Assembly: GCF_009914755.1 (NCBI RefSeq)
Contig: NC_060925.1
Source: the human T2T-CHM13v2.0 reference genome, Homo sapiens
Reading direction: 5' to 3' (one strand)
DNA: 64,000 bases
Shown here: in pieces, positions 1-18,130 of the stretch
Numbering within the stretch: the first letter of the stretch is position 1
Layout of the letters: every line of letters begins with the position of its first letter
The notes under the pieces: generated by a model
Database searches by the model: none
The model's input: only the letters and a program-made list of their open reading frames with translations
Told to the model about the DNA's origin: nothing
Translations under genes and position numbers: made by a program

Positions 1-1
1 G

Positions 2-449
<448 letters not shown>

Positions 450-632
450 TTATTTTATTTTATTGTGACAAAATATACATAGCATAAAATTTACCATTTT
501 AACCATTCTTAAGTGTACAATTCAGTGGCGTTTAATACATACACACTGTCGTGCAGCCATCACCACCATCCAGTTCCAGAACTTTTTCATCACCAGACAG
601 AAACTCCATTCCTCTTAAGCAATCACCGCTCA
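450..632 (-). mobile_element. Old L1 (L1MB-like) 3' end fragment
   Basis: aaaatttaccattttaaccatt...aagtgtacaattcagtggc...catcaccaccatcca, typical reversed L1M 3'UTR. Confidence 0.75.
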
Positions 633-669
633 TTACCGGGTGGAATTGATGGGTAACTATGTTTTGCCA

Positions 670-747
670 TCAATTTGCTGTGTGCGTTTGGTGAAGTCAC
701 TTCCACTCTCAGAAGCTAGTTCTTTCCTTATAACTTTAAAATGGAGG
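670..747 (+). mobile_element. MIR core fragment
   Basis: gctgtgtgcgtttggtgaagtcacttccactctc...taaaatggag. Confidence 0.5.
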
Positions 748-1227
748 TTTCTTTTGATTTTGCTAGGCTGAAAAAGCTAGGTGGACGGATGATGTCTCTG
801 AAAGATAAAAACGTTGAGTGCGTGTGGAGGGCCGAGTCAGCCTGAGGGGGTGGGGGGAGAGGAATGGTGACAAAAGAGGAGCTGGCAAAGGAAACAGATG
901 AAGAGTGGGGTGAGAAGGAAGAACATCTTCTTTGGGATTGGGAGAAAGGTTAGGAAAAGGGGGAAGAAGAGAAAAAGAAGAGGCTGACACAAAGGAATGC
1001 TCAAAACCAGGCTGTTAATGTGATTTCATGAGATGAGGTTGGGATCCAGCATAAAATCCAGGGTGACAGCCAGTGGCCTCAACCTCTCCGGAGCAGGAAT
1101 CATGTGGCAGGAACGGAGGGCACCAGCTGCCTGTGAGGGCGGGCTGGGGACTGGACAGGAGGCTGGGACAGATGTAGCTGGGTGTGCCAGGGTCAAATTA
1201 GGAGAAATAAAAGGACTGCTAAGCTAG

Positions 1228-2161
<934 letters not shown>

Positions 2162-3130
2162 TTGGCATCAGTTAATGAATGCTTACATTTTGGGTTGAGA
2201 AAAGATCAATGTAAATAGGTAGCATGCAATAACCCTCTTTTGTGAATGTGTTTAATAACAGCTTTTATTTCTTGAGCAGCTCTTCTGCAGCTGACCTGGT
2301 GATAGCTCAATTACACTTCCCACCAATCTGAATAGGGTTGGTTGTCTTTTTTTTTTTTTTGGTCACTCTTTATATATTATCCCTTTTTACAGATGAGAAA
2401 ATGGAGTCTTGGAAGGCAAAGTGACACCATGCTGGAAGAAGAGCAGAGAGGAATTGGAACCCACTCAGGACCTTGGAAATCTTCATCTTTCTGGAAGGGC
2501 CAACCAGGCATTCATCCTTGGCCTCCACTGGCTCCTTCTCTGTCTCCAAAGATTTTAAATAACGTGGCAGGCAAGGCTGCCTGAAGGCTGGGACAAGCGA
2601 TGGTCCCTGGGCTCCTCCCCAGAGCTCGACTTCTCCTACGCTGGAGCTGTCTCCACAGGCCCCCCTGTGTACAGTGCAGGATTGGAAGGAGCACTGGACG
2701 GGGAGTCAGTGGAGCAGATGTGAGTAGCAGCCCCAGGCCTGCCTGCTGGGTGATCCTGACACAGGCGGTTGCATTTTCTGATCCTCAACAGGCTCGTTGT
2801 GAATGGATGCTGATACCTCCCTGGCAGGGCTGCTGCAGGGATCAGGCCAGACTTGAATGTGAAAGGGCTCTGAATAGCCGAGTCCAGGGTGGGTGAGGGA
2901 AGGTAGCATCGGCAACCTGCGGGTGGGCCCTGGCCACACTGACGGAGGAATTGTCTCCCTGTTATCCTGCTCACTCTCTGTGGGGTTTTCAGAGGAAGCA
3001 GAGTCCCTCAGCTTCAAGCCAGATCTGGGATTCCAAAGACCCACAAGGGAGGCCCAAGCAGGGAAGGTTATGGGAGGATTCTGGAGAAGAGGGTGCAGGG
3101 GGCAAAGCCTCTGCCAAGCAGCTCCTCCCC

Positions 3131-5335
3131 TGTGCATGCGTGTGTGTGGATGGGTGCGTGGAGTGTGTGGTGTGTGTGTGGATGTGTGTGTGTGTATGAA
3201 ATGTGTGTGGATGTGTGTGTGTGGTGTGTATGAATGAGTGTGGTGTGTGTGTATGGGTGTGGTGTGTATGGATGTGTGTGTGTGGTGTGTGGATGGGTGT
3301 GTGTGTGGATGGATGTGTGTGTGTATGTGTGTGTGGTGTGTGTATGAGTCTGGTGTGCATGTGGATGGATGTGTGTGAATGTGTGTGTGGTGTGTGTGTG
3401 AATGAGTGTGGTGTGTGTAGAGTGAGTGGTGTGTGTAGAGTGAGTGGTGTGTGTGTAGTGTGTGCGTGTGGATGGGTGTGGTGTGTATGTATGGATGGGT
3501 GTGTGTGGTGTGTGTGGATGGGTGTATGTGGTGTGTGTGGTCTGCATGTGGTGTGTGTGTATGAGTGTGATGTGTGTGGTGTGTGGTCTGTGTGTATGAA
3601 TGTGGTGTGTGTGTGTGGATAGGTGTGGTATGTATGAATGGGTGTGTGTGGTGTGTGTGAATGGGTGTAGTGTGTATGGATGGGTGTGTGTGGTGTGTAT
3701 GGTGTGTGTGTGGATAGGTGTGTGTGGTGTGTGTGGATGTGTGTTTGGTGTGTGTGGTGTGTGTACGATGTGTGTGGTGTGTGTGTGGTGTGTGTGGCAT
3801 GTGTGTGTTGTGTGTGCAGATGAGCGTGTGGGCTGTGTGCATGTGTGAATGAGCGTGCGGGCTGTGTGTGGATGGGTACGTATGGTGTGTGTGTATGTGT
3901 GTTTGGTGTGTTTGTGTGGTGTGTGTAATGTGTGTATGGTTTGTGTGGTGTGTGTGTGGCGTGTGTGTGGTGTGTGTGTATGGACGTGTGTGGATGGGTA
4001 TGTATGGTGTGTGTGTTGTGTTGTGTGGTGTGTGTGGTGTGTGTGTGTATGAGCGTGTGTGGTGTGTGTGTGTGAATGAGCGTGTGGGCTGTGTGTGGAT
4101 GGGTATGTATGGTGTATGTGGTGTGTGTTGTGTGTGCAGATGAGCGTGTGGGCTGTGTGTGTGGTGTGTGCATGTGTGAATGAGCATGTGGGCTGTGTGT
4201 GGATGGGTACGTATGGTGTGTGTGGTGTGTGTGTGTATGTGTGTTTGGTGTGTTTGTGTGGTGTGTGTATGGTGTGTGTGGTGTGTGTGGCATGTGTGTG
4301 TTGTGTGTGCAGATGAGCGTATGGGCTGTGTGTGTGGTGTGTGTGTGTGAATGAACGTGTGGGCTGTGTGTGGATGGGTACGTATGGTGTGTGTGGTGTG
4401 TGTGTGGCGTGTGTGGATGGGTATGTATAGTGTGTGTGGTGTGTGCTGTGTTGTGTGGTATGTGTGTGTGTGGATGAGCGTGTGTGGTGTGGGTGTGTGT
4501 ATGAGCGTGTGGGCTGCGTGTGGGAGTGTGGATGAGCAAGTAGGCTGTGTGTGGATGGGTATGTATGGTGTGTGTGGTGTGTGGATGAGTGTATGTGGTG
4601 TGTTGTGTGGTGTGTGTGGTATGTGGATGGATGTGTGTGGTGTGTTGTGTGCTGTGTGGTGTGTGGATGGGTGTGTGTGTTGTGTGGTGTGTGGATAGGT
4701 GTGTGTTGTGTGGTGTGTGTCGTGTGTGTGGTGTGTGGTGTGTGGATGGGCGTGTGTGGTGTGTGTTGTGTGGTGTGTGGATGGATGTGTGTGGTGTGTT
4801 GTGTGTTGTGTGTGTTGTGTGGATGGGTGTGTGTGCTGTCTTGTGTGTTGTGTGGTGTGTTGTGTGCTATGTGGATGGGTGTGTGTGGTGTGTTGTGTGT
4901 TGTGTGGTGTGTGTGGTGTGTGGGTGTGTGTGGTGTGTTGTGTGTTGTGTGGTGTGTTGTGTGCTGTGTGGATGGGTGTGTGTGATGTGTGTGGTGTAGT
5001 GTGTGGTGTGTGTGTGGTGTGTGTGGTGTGTTGTGTGGTGTGTTGTGTGCTGTGTGGATGGGTGTGTGTGGTGTGAGTGGTGTGTGGTGTGGTGTGTGGT
5101 GTGTGATGTGTGTGGTGTGTTGTGTGTTGTGTGGTGTGTGGATGGGTGTGTGTGGTGTGTTGTGTGGTGTGTTGTGTGCTGTGTGGATGGGTGTGTGTGG
5201 TGTGGTGAGTGGTATGTGGTGTGGTGTGTTGTGTGTTGTGTGGTGTGTGTGGTGTGTGGATGGGTGTGTGTGGTGTTTTGTGTGTTGTGTGGTGTGTGTG
5301 GTGTGTGGTGTGGTGTGTGGTGTGTGGTGTGTGTG
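3131..5335. repeat. ~2.2 kb TG-rich degenerate tandem array (VNTR-like)
   Basis: Almost entirely GT/GGT runs punctuated by ggatgg, aatgag, gagcgtgtgggct and gtgttgtg motifs. Confidence 0.97.
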
Positions 5336-5841
5336 GGAGTGCTCTCTGGCCAGGTGCAATCTCCTTCCTGTTCAGCTCCTGGGGCTGCTGCTACTCTTAG
5401 TTCAAAAGACTTTTTATCCCTGGCAAGGACAATTATTGGGGTCACGGTGACCTGCCTGTTTCAGCGCCTGCTTGGGCTTGTTTCGTTTGGCCTAAGACAA
5501 AAGCTTGAACTCTGGAACTGCCCAGAGGGGCGAGGGGTGCAAATTCCCTCTGCCTGACCTAACTGCAGTGTTCACAGGACTGACTCATTGTCCCCCCGGG
5601 TCAGGACAGGAGTGACATTCAAAAGAACTCATAAGCAGTTTGGCCAGGTACTGATCACTCCGAATGGATTCTGTGCTTGAGGAATCCACCAAAGGCCTTT
5701 TTGGTTTGTTTTCCCAGAAGCCCATCAGTCACCATCTGGGGAGGACAAGGAGGGAGCAGGGCTGATCCAAGGAGCTCTGGGGCAGATGGACTGTCCCTGT
5801 CACGGCTTCTTTTACTGGTAGTAATGACTCCCACTGGTTGA

Positions 5842-6191
<350 letters not shown>

Positions 6192-6209
6192 CATGCCAGC
6201 ACTTTCTAG

Positions 6210-6345
6210 GTATAATCTCACTTGATCCCATCCGGCTCTTTGAGGCAGGCTATATGATCATGCCCATTTTGCAAATCAGGGAGCTGAGCCTGAGGAGCTG
6301 GGGTCCTTGCCCAGTCACACAGCCAGTAACAGCAAGAGTTCTGAT
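6210..6345 (-). mobile_element. MIR
   Basis: gcccattttgcaaatcagggagctgagcctgag...cttgcccagtcacacagccagtaa. Confidence 0.7.
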
Positions 6346-7090
6346 TTACCCCTAGCTGGTCTGGATTCTCTTGGTCCCCTTATACACCTGTTCCCTGCTG
6401 GGGGAAGTCAGCTGGGGGCGTGGAGACTGCCTTGGAAGGTGGCTGCTGCAGCCCCCCAGACCTCCGGCAATAGAATTCCCTATAATTCGGTTATAAATCA
6501 TGTTCCTAACTAAGCCAGCTCTGAAGGTCACCGGTAATCAAACTGTCAGCAGGCCATCTTCAGCGGCTGCCGTGGTCAGGGCCCTGAGCCAGGAGAGCCC
6601 AGGGAATCAAGCTTCCAGCCCGCACCTTTACAAGTGGGTAAGAGGCTGGAAATGGGAACAGGTTAAGAGGGCTTGGGGCTGGGGCCGAGTGACAGCTGCA
6701 CTTCTGACTTCAAGATAATGAGGAGGAGAGAAGCTCCAGCCTCGCTTCTGAGCTATCTCGGTCCTTCCTGTTGTTGGTAGCATTGAACCTCCTGATCCGT
6801 GGAAGGTGGCTGCTTGCAAAGTTCTGATGACATCACATGGATGTGTGTTGGCCGGGTATTCCCTGGGGAATGAGCTTAGCGCGGAAGCAGAAGAGTTGCA
6901 TTTTCTAAACCACCAGCTAAGTGGCAGGTGCGTACACATCATCCTGTGTAATCCCTAAGCTTGTCCCATGTGGTAGCAAGTTCCTTTTATTATCTCCATC
7001 TCCTGGAGGCTCAGATTGGCAAAGGGGACAGAGCTTGCAAGCATTCAGGTTGGCATTCAGGCTTACATCTGGGTTTTTTCCTTTTAATTC

Positions 7091-7394
7091 TTTTTTTTTT
7101 TTTTTTTTTTTTTTTTTGAGACAGAGTCTCACTCTGTTGTCCAGGCTGGAGTGTAGTGGCGCGATCTCAGCTCACAGCAACCTCTGCCTCCCGGGTTGAA
7201 TTATCCTGCCTCAGCCTCCCGAGTAGCTAGGATTACAGGCATGTGCCACCACATCCGGCTAATTTTTGTATTTTTAGTAGAGACGGGGTTTCACCTTGTT
7301 GGCCAGCCTGGTCTCGAACTCCTGACCTCAAGTGATCTGCCCACCTCGGCCTCCCAAAGTGCTGGGATTACAGGCGTAAGCCACTGCACCTGGC
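7091..7394 (-). mobile_element. Alu (AluS)
   Basis: Long poly-T plus reverse Alu dimer. Confidence 0.95.
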
Positions 7395-8139
7395 CTTCTT
7401 TTGACTCTTACCAGTATTTTCCAATTTTGACATTTTGAAATAATGCTGGGAAATGCTGGTTAAACCAAGAGAAACAAGATTCCTGTCCGCATGACTTTTC
7501 AGAGCCTTTAATAAATTGGATCACGATTCTTCATGCACAGAGAGATGGGATGCCAGGGTGGAGGCCTTGGAGGCTCTGGCAGAGAGGAGATTAGTACTCC
7601 ATTCCTACCCCAGTTCTGCAGGGGAGCATGGCTGGCTTGCTCTTGAAGCCCTGGCCCCCCTCATCTGGATGCAGCCTACAGTGGGGTGAGCTGAGGCCTG
7701 GCTCCACACACCTCACAGGAACTCCTAGAAGAAGGGAGGCTGTCAGGTACCCCTGACCTCTTTCCTGAGCTGTTCAGGACTCGCTGGCTCACTCGGGGCA
7801 GGTGAATCCCGCTAACCCACCAACTGGCCTCACTTCTCCCTTCCACGGAGTAATAGCAGCCTCCACCTCCCAGGTCCATCTGTGCACTTGAACCCCTGGA
7901 TTTCAGGCCCGGTGTTCCTCAGAGATGGCTGCTCCTTATGTGCCCTGGGCCTGGGCTGATAAACCAGAACCCATGGGTACCTCCCAACTCACTCCCTTTT
8001 GCTGCCAACTAAATTAGCTCCTGTGGGCATTCCTCCACCCCCAGCCCAAGAACAAACAGCAAATTAATGAAACAGATGGGCTCTGTCTGCTCTGCTGGCT
8101 CTCAGCACTCCCATATTCAGGGCAGGGCTGAGACTGGAC

Positions 8140-8400
8140 TAAATCATTTCTCCTTTGCTCCTGGGCACACAGCTAGACTACATTGCTAGCCTCCCTTGTA
8201 GACAGCGACCTTGGGCCACTTGGCTGAGTTCTGGCCAGCGGAATGTGGGTAGAAGTGATGACTGGCGTGCCCACACCTGGCCTGTGACACCTCCTACGCA
8301 ACATCCCGTCTGCCGCCCTGTTTTCTGCCAGCCGAATGAAGAGGATCCAACAGAGAACTCCGAGGCCCTAGGAGACTGGGGAGGACAAGTTGGAAGGAAG
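8140..8400. mobile_element. Old ERVL/MaLR LTR fragment (LTR16/MLT1-like)
   Basis: gggcacacagctagactacatt...gctgagttctggccagcggaatgtgggtagaagtgatg. Confidence 0.55.
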
Positions 8401-8401
8401 C

Positions 8402-8721
8402 TTTATTTGTTATTTTATTAAAATTATTATTATTATTATTTCAAGACAGGGTCCTGCACTGTTGCCCAGGCTGGAGTGCAGTGGTACAATTACAGTTCGT
8501 TGTAGCCTCCGACTCCTGGGCTCAAGTGATCCTCCGGCTTCAGCCTCTTGAGTAGCTGGGACTATAGGTGCATGCCACCACATCTAGCTAATTTAAAAAA
8601 TACCCTGTAGAGTGAGCATCTCCCTATGTTGCCCAGGCTGGTCTCAATCCTGGCCTCAAGGATCCTGCTGCTTCAGCCTCCAGAGTGCCGGGATGACAGG
8701 TGTGAGCCACCGCACCCAGCC
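8402..8721 (-). mobile_element. Alu (AluJ)
   Basis: Reverse Alu with ctcctgggctcaagtgatcctcc. Confidence 0.9.
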
Positions 8722-8749
8722 TAGAAGGAATCTTTAGAGAGTGAAAGAC

Positions 8750-8893
8750 CTGGGTGGAAATCCCAGCTCAACCCCTCAAAGCTGTGTGATCCTGGGCAGG
8801 TCACTTACCTCTCTGAGCTCAGTTTCCTCGTCTATAGATAGAGGATAATGATAGTGCCATCCTTGTAAAGTTGTTTTGAGAATCAAATAGGAT
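8750..8893 (+). mobile_element. MIR
   Basis: gctgtgtgatcctgggcaggtcacttacctctctgagctcagtttcctcgtct. Confidence 0.85.
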
Positions 8894-9494
8894 TCTTTGA
8901 TTTGAAACAGCTCTGAAAGTTCATCGGAGCCCCAGGGCTCCCTGCAGTATTGTCTGGGCCCTTTGTAGCCACCGCATCACAGTTCAATTTCTCCCTCTGT
9001 CTAATTCTGCTCTTTTTCTCCTTTTCAGAAATCCCTACCGCTGAGTTCTGGTGGAAGGCAGTTAGTATTGGAAGAGGTCATGGGAAGCAGATTTTTCAAT
9101 GGGATTTTTGAGTTGCGTTACTTGCTGGGTCCAGCAATGAGGCCCCCATCCCTGGGAGGTAGGGGTCTGTTGTGCTATAGCAGGGCAGTTGTTAAAACTC
9201 TCAGTCATGGTGAACTGGGATGGAAAATCCACAGAAGGGAATGCATTGGCAGATATATCTCAGCCATTTGAGAGATTTGGGGGAAGTAATCATTATAAAA
9301 ACTGTGGAGTCAGATAGTGATTGCTGGCCAGGCACAGTGGCTCACCCCTCTGTAATTCCAGCACTTTGTGAGGCCACGATGGGAGGATCATTTGAGGGCA
9401 GAAGTTCAAGACCAGCCTGGGCAACCTAGCAAGATCCTGCCTCTACAAAAAAACGCAACCCAACCCAAACCAACTAAACAAACGAAAAACCATC

Positions 9495-10387
<893 letters not shown>

Positions 10388-10839
10388 TCAAGAGACTCTC
10401 ATCTTCTGCAGCTCGCAGACAGAAAAACCTGAGGATCGGGCCCACAACTTAATTATAAGTGGAGCTACAGAGAAGGCTGAATTCTCGACTCTGGCAAGTC
10501 TGCTAGTCCAAGGTCAGAGCCTTGATTGGAAAGAGGGATGCTCATTTATGACATACGGATGGGGACATCTGGGTTGTTGCACTTGAAAATCTTGAATCCC
10601 TAAATTCTCTGAAACCCTCTGGGCCTGCAGGGTGGTTCACTCCTTGTTAAAGGCAAGCAAAACCCTCCCTTGCTTGAAGCTGATGCAGAGTCCTCTGGCT
10701 TGCCAGACTATCTGTGCTGCCTCCTTTTCTGTCCCCCAGACCAGTATCTTCAGTCAAGTTACAACAGAATTCAGTTATACCACGAGAATAAAGGGATGAC
10801 AGAGAGGCTGCAGGACCCAGCCAACGTTCACTGGCAGAC

Positions 10840-11450
<611 letters not shown>

Positions 11451-11823
11451 AGCCAGAAAAGTGACTTGCTAACTGTGTTCTTTGGGAAAGCCTAGAGGAC
11501 TGCCCATTTACCATGCACGGGGGAGAGGGCTGAGGACATGGTTGTAGCGCTCAAGGGTGCTGTTCTCTGTAAACCAAGGCTGACAGGAGGAGGTGCTGTG
11601 ACAGACCGGGCTCCCTGAGAGCAATAAGGAAGATGGGATCCTGAAAGAATAGAGGCTCAGTGGTGGAACTTAAACATAACAGGCAAGGTGGGCAGAATTA
11701 TCGTAATGAGCAGCAAGGCCAGAGTGGCAAGCAGGGAGCCTGCAGAGAGCTATAGAAATGGCTCCTAGAACACGGTGTTCCCAGGGACAAGATAGACAGG
11801 CAGCCAAAAAGAGTACTAAGTAA

Positions 11824-12113
<290 letters not shown>

Positions 12114-12339
12114 AAGTATTATGTAATTTACACAGCCAAAAGAATTCAAGGATGGCTGAAGCTGCTGCCCTAGCAAAAGCCCACAATCCCTTACTGAGCT
12201 AGAGTTCAGGCCCAGAACCCATTTAATGAAGGAGAGACTTGATCCCCAAGAAGCAGCAGCCTGCAACACACGGCAAATGTACATGGTAGTGGTTACCCCA
12301 TTCCTCTTCAAAAGAACCTGCAGCCATTTGTTTGAGTTA

Positions 12340-13030
<691 letters not shown>

Positions 13031-13321
13031 ACATGATTGGCAGAATTCATACTCTCTTCCTTGCCCTTTGGTCTAAAAGCTATGTGGTGAAGCCCAGATG
13101 GAAGTCTCTGAAACTATCCCCCATCCTGATCAAGTAACAAACAAAACAAACAAACCCAGCATTACCGTTTAGGGGAAATGGCAGAAATTAGCATCACTTT
13201 TAAAGACCCAAGATGCATGAGTGGTGATCCTCATCCCATCCTTATCCAATTCACTAGCTTGGTCCTTACAACAACATAACAACAAAGAAATTCAGATGAA
13301 TTCTAGCAGATGAGAGTGGAC

Positions 13322-13644
13322 TTTCTTTTTTTCTTTTCTTTTTCTTTTTTTTTTTTTTCTTTTGAGACAGAGTCTCGCTTTGTCACCCAGGCTGGAATGC
13401 AGTGGCACCATTTCTGCTCACTGCAACCTCCGCCTCCAGGATTCAAGTGATTCTCCTGCCTCAGCCTTCTGAGTAGCTGGGACTACAAGCATGTGCCACC
13501 ATGCCCAGCTAATTTTTGTATTTTTAGTAGAGACAAGGTTTTGCCGGGTTGACCAGGCTGGTCTCGAACTCCTGATCCCAAGTGATCTGCCCACCTCAGC
13601 CTCCCAAGGTGCTGGGATTACAGGTGCGAGCCACCGCGCCGGGC
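13322..13644 (-). mobile_element. Alu (AluS) in RT
   Basis: TSD tgagagtggactttc / tgagagtagactttc. Confidence 0.95.
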
Positions 13645-13911
13645 TGAGAGTAGACTTTCATTAGTACAACCAAGCAGTAGTCTCACCTGCAGCTGCGGTG
13701 CTACATAGAGTGTCTCTGCTAGGGTAGATTAACACAGCCTTAGGGACACAGCGTGTGGCTGTTGATCTGGCAAGTGGCTTCTTCTTCCATTTCTAGTAGG
13801 AGGGGTAGTTGGAAGCAGTTTGCAATCCCGTAGGATGGAGAACAGCATTCACCTACAGTTCTGCCCATGTGTGTGCTAACTTGGCCACTCTCTGTCATAA
13901 TATAGTATGAA

Positions 13912-14105
13912 ACTGGTTCTCCACTGGGCCATTTGGCAATGTCTGGAGACATTTCTGATTGACACAACTGGGAGGGGACATGCTATTGGCATCTAGTGGG
14001 TAGAGGTCAGAGATACTGCTAAACATCTTCCAATGCATGGGACAGCCCCTACAACAAAGAATTATCTGGTCCAAAGTGTGAATAGTGCCAAGGTGGAGAA
14101 ACTTT
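13912..14105 (+). mobile_element. MER20 (hAT-Charlie) inserted in RT
   Basis: tggttctc...catttggcaatgtctggagac...gtgccaaggtggagaaac. Confidence 0.9.
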
Positions 14106-14160
14106 AGACTACAGGGATCCAGAACATCCCATCATTCCACAGAACATCACACTGATCCAT

Positions 14161-14448
14161 TATTATTATTATTATTGAGACAGGCTCTCTTTTTTACCCA
14201 GGCTGGAGTGCAGTGGTGTGAACACAGCTCAGTGCAGCCTTGACCTTCTGGGCTCAAGCAATCCTCCCACCTCAGCCTCCTGAGGGACTATAGGCGTGTG
14301 CCATCATGCCGGGCTAATTTTTTATTTTTTGTAGAGACAGGGTCTTGCTATGTTGTCCAGGCTGGTCTCAAACTCCTGGGCTCAAGCAATCCTTTCACTT
14401 CGCCTCCCAAAGTGTTAGGATTACAGGCATGAGCCACTGCGCCCAGTC
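14161..14448 (-). mobile_element. Alu (AluJ)
   Basis: Reverse AluJ with flanks acactgatccattat / acactggtccgtgat. Confidence 0.9.
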
Positions 14449-15369
14449 CACACTGGTCCGTGATATCAATAAGACACATTGGCCCATTATATCAATGACA
14501 TCACGTTAATTAGTCTGGATGGGCAAGAAGTGGCAAGTGATTTGGAAGCCTTGATAGGACAGACATGCTTCGGAAGGTGGGGACTCCCTATCAGTGAAAT
14601 TTTTAGTACAGTGGTTTGGTTTGGGGCACGCCAGGACATCTCCTCCAAAGGAAACCACAAGTTGTTGCATCTTGCACCTCCCACACATCAGAAGGAAACA
14701 AAACATCTTATAGGCCTTTTTTGGGTTCTTTAAGCAATATATTCCACACTTGACAAATACTGCTGCAACCCATTTTGCCAAGTGCCAAGGATGGCTGCCA
14801 GCACTGAGAGGGGCCCAAGGCAGGAGAGGGTTCTGCAGCAGCTCCAGGCTGTGGTACAAGCAAGTCCCACGTCTGGAGTCATGTGACCCAGCAGACGTTG
14901 ATAACAGACATATCTGTGGTGAGAAAAGACGCTACGAGTTTATGGCAAGTCCCAATAGGAGAATAACAACATAGATCCCTAGAGTTCTGGAACAAGGCCA
15001 TGCCATCTGTAGTGGAAAATCATGCATTATTCGAAAAATAGCTTTAGTGTGCTTCTGGGTCTTGATAGCGGTGGAGCGTCTGCTCAGCCTGGTACAGACA
15101 GCTTCGACATGACACCCTGTGAGCATGGAGAGTCATCCCCCAGAACACAGAGCACACCCCAAATGAATGACCATACTATTCTATGGTGTTGTGTCTGCAG
15201 TAGGTAAAACACGTGGTCTGGAAGCTAAGGGGTGAAAGTAACAGAGCCATCACTCACTGTCATCCTCAGTGACTCATTTAGGAAATTCATTTCCTGTCCC
15301 TGAAACTTTAAGCTTTGTGCGTCTGAAGATCTGCTCTGGTTTCCAGATGGGGAACGCTTCACCAGGGTA

Positions 15370-15540
15370 TAGAGTAAGAGCTCCCCCAAACTTTAACCCA
15401 CATCTGCCACCTGGTCATTTCAGATTCCTTGGACCAAAAGGCCATGGGACGAGGGAAGGAGTCACTGTACTGGCAGGAATTACTGTCCCTGAGCAACTGG
15501 CAGGAGAAGGTAGGATTGCTGTTACACAATGAAGGCAGGG
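15370..15540 (+). pseudogene. ERV-L dUTPase remnant
   Basis: LPPGHF...EGVTVLAGI, located downstream of pol as is typical for ERV-L. Confidence 0.75.
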
Positions 15541-15961
15541 AAGATCAGTTTTGGTACCCACGTGATCTGTTGGGCTGTCTTTTGTTATCCTCTTGCCCAT
15601 TTTTGACAGTAAATGGGTAAGTGTGGCAGCCATGAGCTGGGAAGGGCACAGTTACCAGGGAGGGGCCAGACCTGTGAGGGATGAGGGTCTGGGTCATCCC
15701 ACGAGGTGAACTCTAGATCAGCAGAGATGCTCGCCGAGGCTGAGGGGAATCTAAGATGGACAGTAGAGGAGGGAGAGGGTGGGTACCAGTTGCAGCTTCA
15801 GGACCAGCTGTAGTGGCAAAGAAACTGTAGTGCAACCAACTAGCCATCTTCTTTTAGATTTTTTTCAGGGAAAGAGACCACCTAGAATCCTGAAAGAATG
15901 GTCCGTAGATGGACAGACTCACTCTGTGAAGCAGGTGGATCTCAGTGGAACGAGGGGTGGC

Positions 15962-16406
15962 CGTAGTGAATGCTGCGGTGCCCCACGCAAATCTACTGAG
16001 GACCAAGGTGCTCATTCCCTTGCCACTGGGAGTGCTGGCTGCTGATGGCTCACGGCGAAGTCCCTCCTCCAGAATTGCCCTCTGCCAAAGGGAGTTTTCT
16101 CACCCAAGATTATGCCCCCTCCTCAAGTGCAGCCCAGATCCAATGGCTGGTCCAGGCAAGGGCACAAAGTTCTGACTCCTTTACCTTGATTTGGGACAGC
16201 TTCATAGGGTCGGTCTAGCTCCAGATCTCCCTGCGGGATCGGCGGAGGCCTCCACTGCAGCTGCATCACAGTCCAGCATCTCCCTCTGCCTAATCGTGCT
16301 TCCCCCCAGCCCCCTAACGTTGCTGCGAATGAATTCTCCGCGGTAAGCCTCCTGTATGCAAAGCTGTGCCTCAGAGTTTGTTTGCTGGGGAAGCTGACCT
16401 AAGTCA
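15962..16406 (+). mobile_element. 3' LTR of the provirus (LTR16-like)
   Basis: Starts (c/t)gtagtgaatgctgcggtgc and ends ctcagagtttgtttgctggggaagctgacctaagtca. Confidence 0.8.
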
Positions 16407-16446
16407 CTGAAGATGGTGAGGCATAGGGGTTGTTTTTGTTCCTGGC

Positions 16447-17596
<1,150 letters not shown>

Positions 17597-17909
17597 TGAT
17601 GCCAGACCCGGAGAGGCCAACAGTTAGCTCTGGGGCTGCTGTCCTTCTGTGTGTCCTCTCCTGTGGATTTTAGAAATGAGCATAGAATTCTAGAGGGATG
17701 AGTTGAGAGGAGGAACAGGAGCCCAGGATGAAAACTACAGCTCAAGTGGGCAGGCAGGGAAGTGAGGGATGACAATTCACAGGGCATCCATTTACACCCC
17801 AATTACAGGCATCCAGGCCTTCAAAGCAGCGACATCAGGAAAGCCGGTTGTGAAAGGATTCACCCTAGGACTCATCTGCAAGGGTGGCTTCTAGCTCATT
17901 TAATATACA

Positions 17910-18130
17910 TTTGAATAATACAATAATAGGAACGGGTGTGTAGATGGCCGGGGTTGCTGGCACCATTCCCTTGATGATGCTCATGGGAACTCTATGAGGA
18001 TGGAGTGATCATAATCTCCATCTTACACAAGGGGAAACTGAGGCTCAGAGAGGTTAAGCGACGGACCACAGTCACACACGAAATTGCAGAAGTGAGTGTC
18101 AGACCCAAGTCTGCTGTACCCAAAGGCAAT
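17910..18130 (-). mobile_element. MIR
   Basis: ctccatcttacacaaggggaaactgaggctcagagaggttaag. Confidence 0.85.

Larger units (their letters stand above)
13170..15070 (+). pseudogene. ERV-L reverse transcriptase and connection remnant, frameshifted and interrupted
   Basis: AEIS..FKD, AAAV..SLL, AVDLASGFF and HYINDITLI (YIDD motif decayed to YIND), then LLHLAPPT. Confidence 0.8.

Noticed and set aside
3780-4560. CRISPR-like repeat-spacer array
   Set aside because: The intervening sequence is itself TG repeat rather than unique spacers; primate DNA with no cas genes.
2706-5557. Very long His/Thr/Pro-rich (493-763 aa) and Cys/Val/Trp-rich ORFs
   Set aside because: They are open in several frames because the CA/TG array rarely forms stop codons; no domain, splice or codon evidence.
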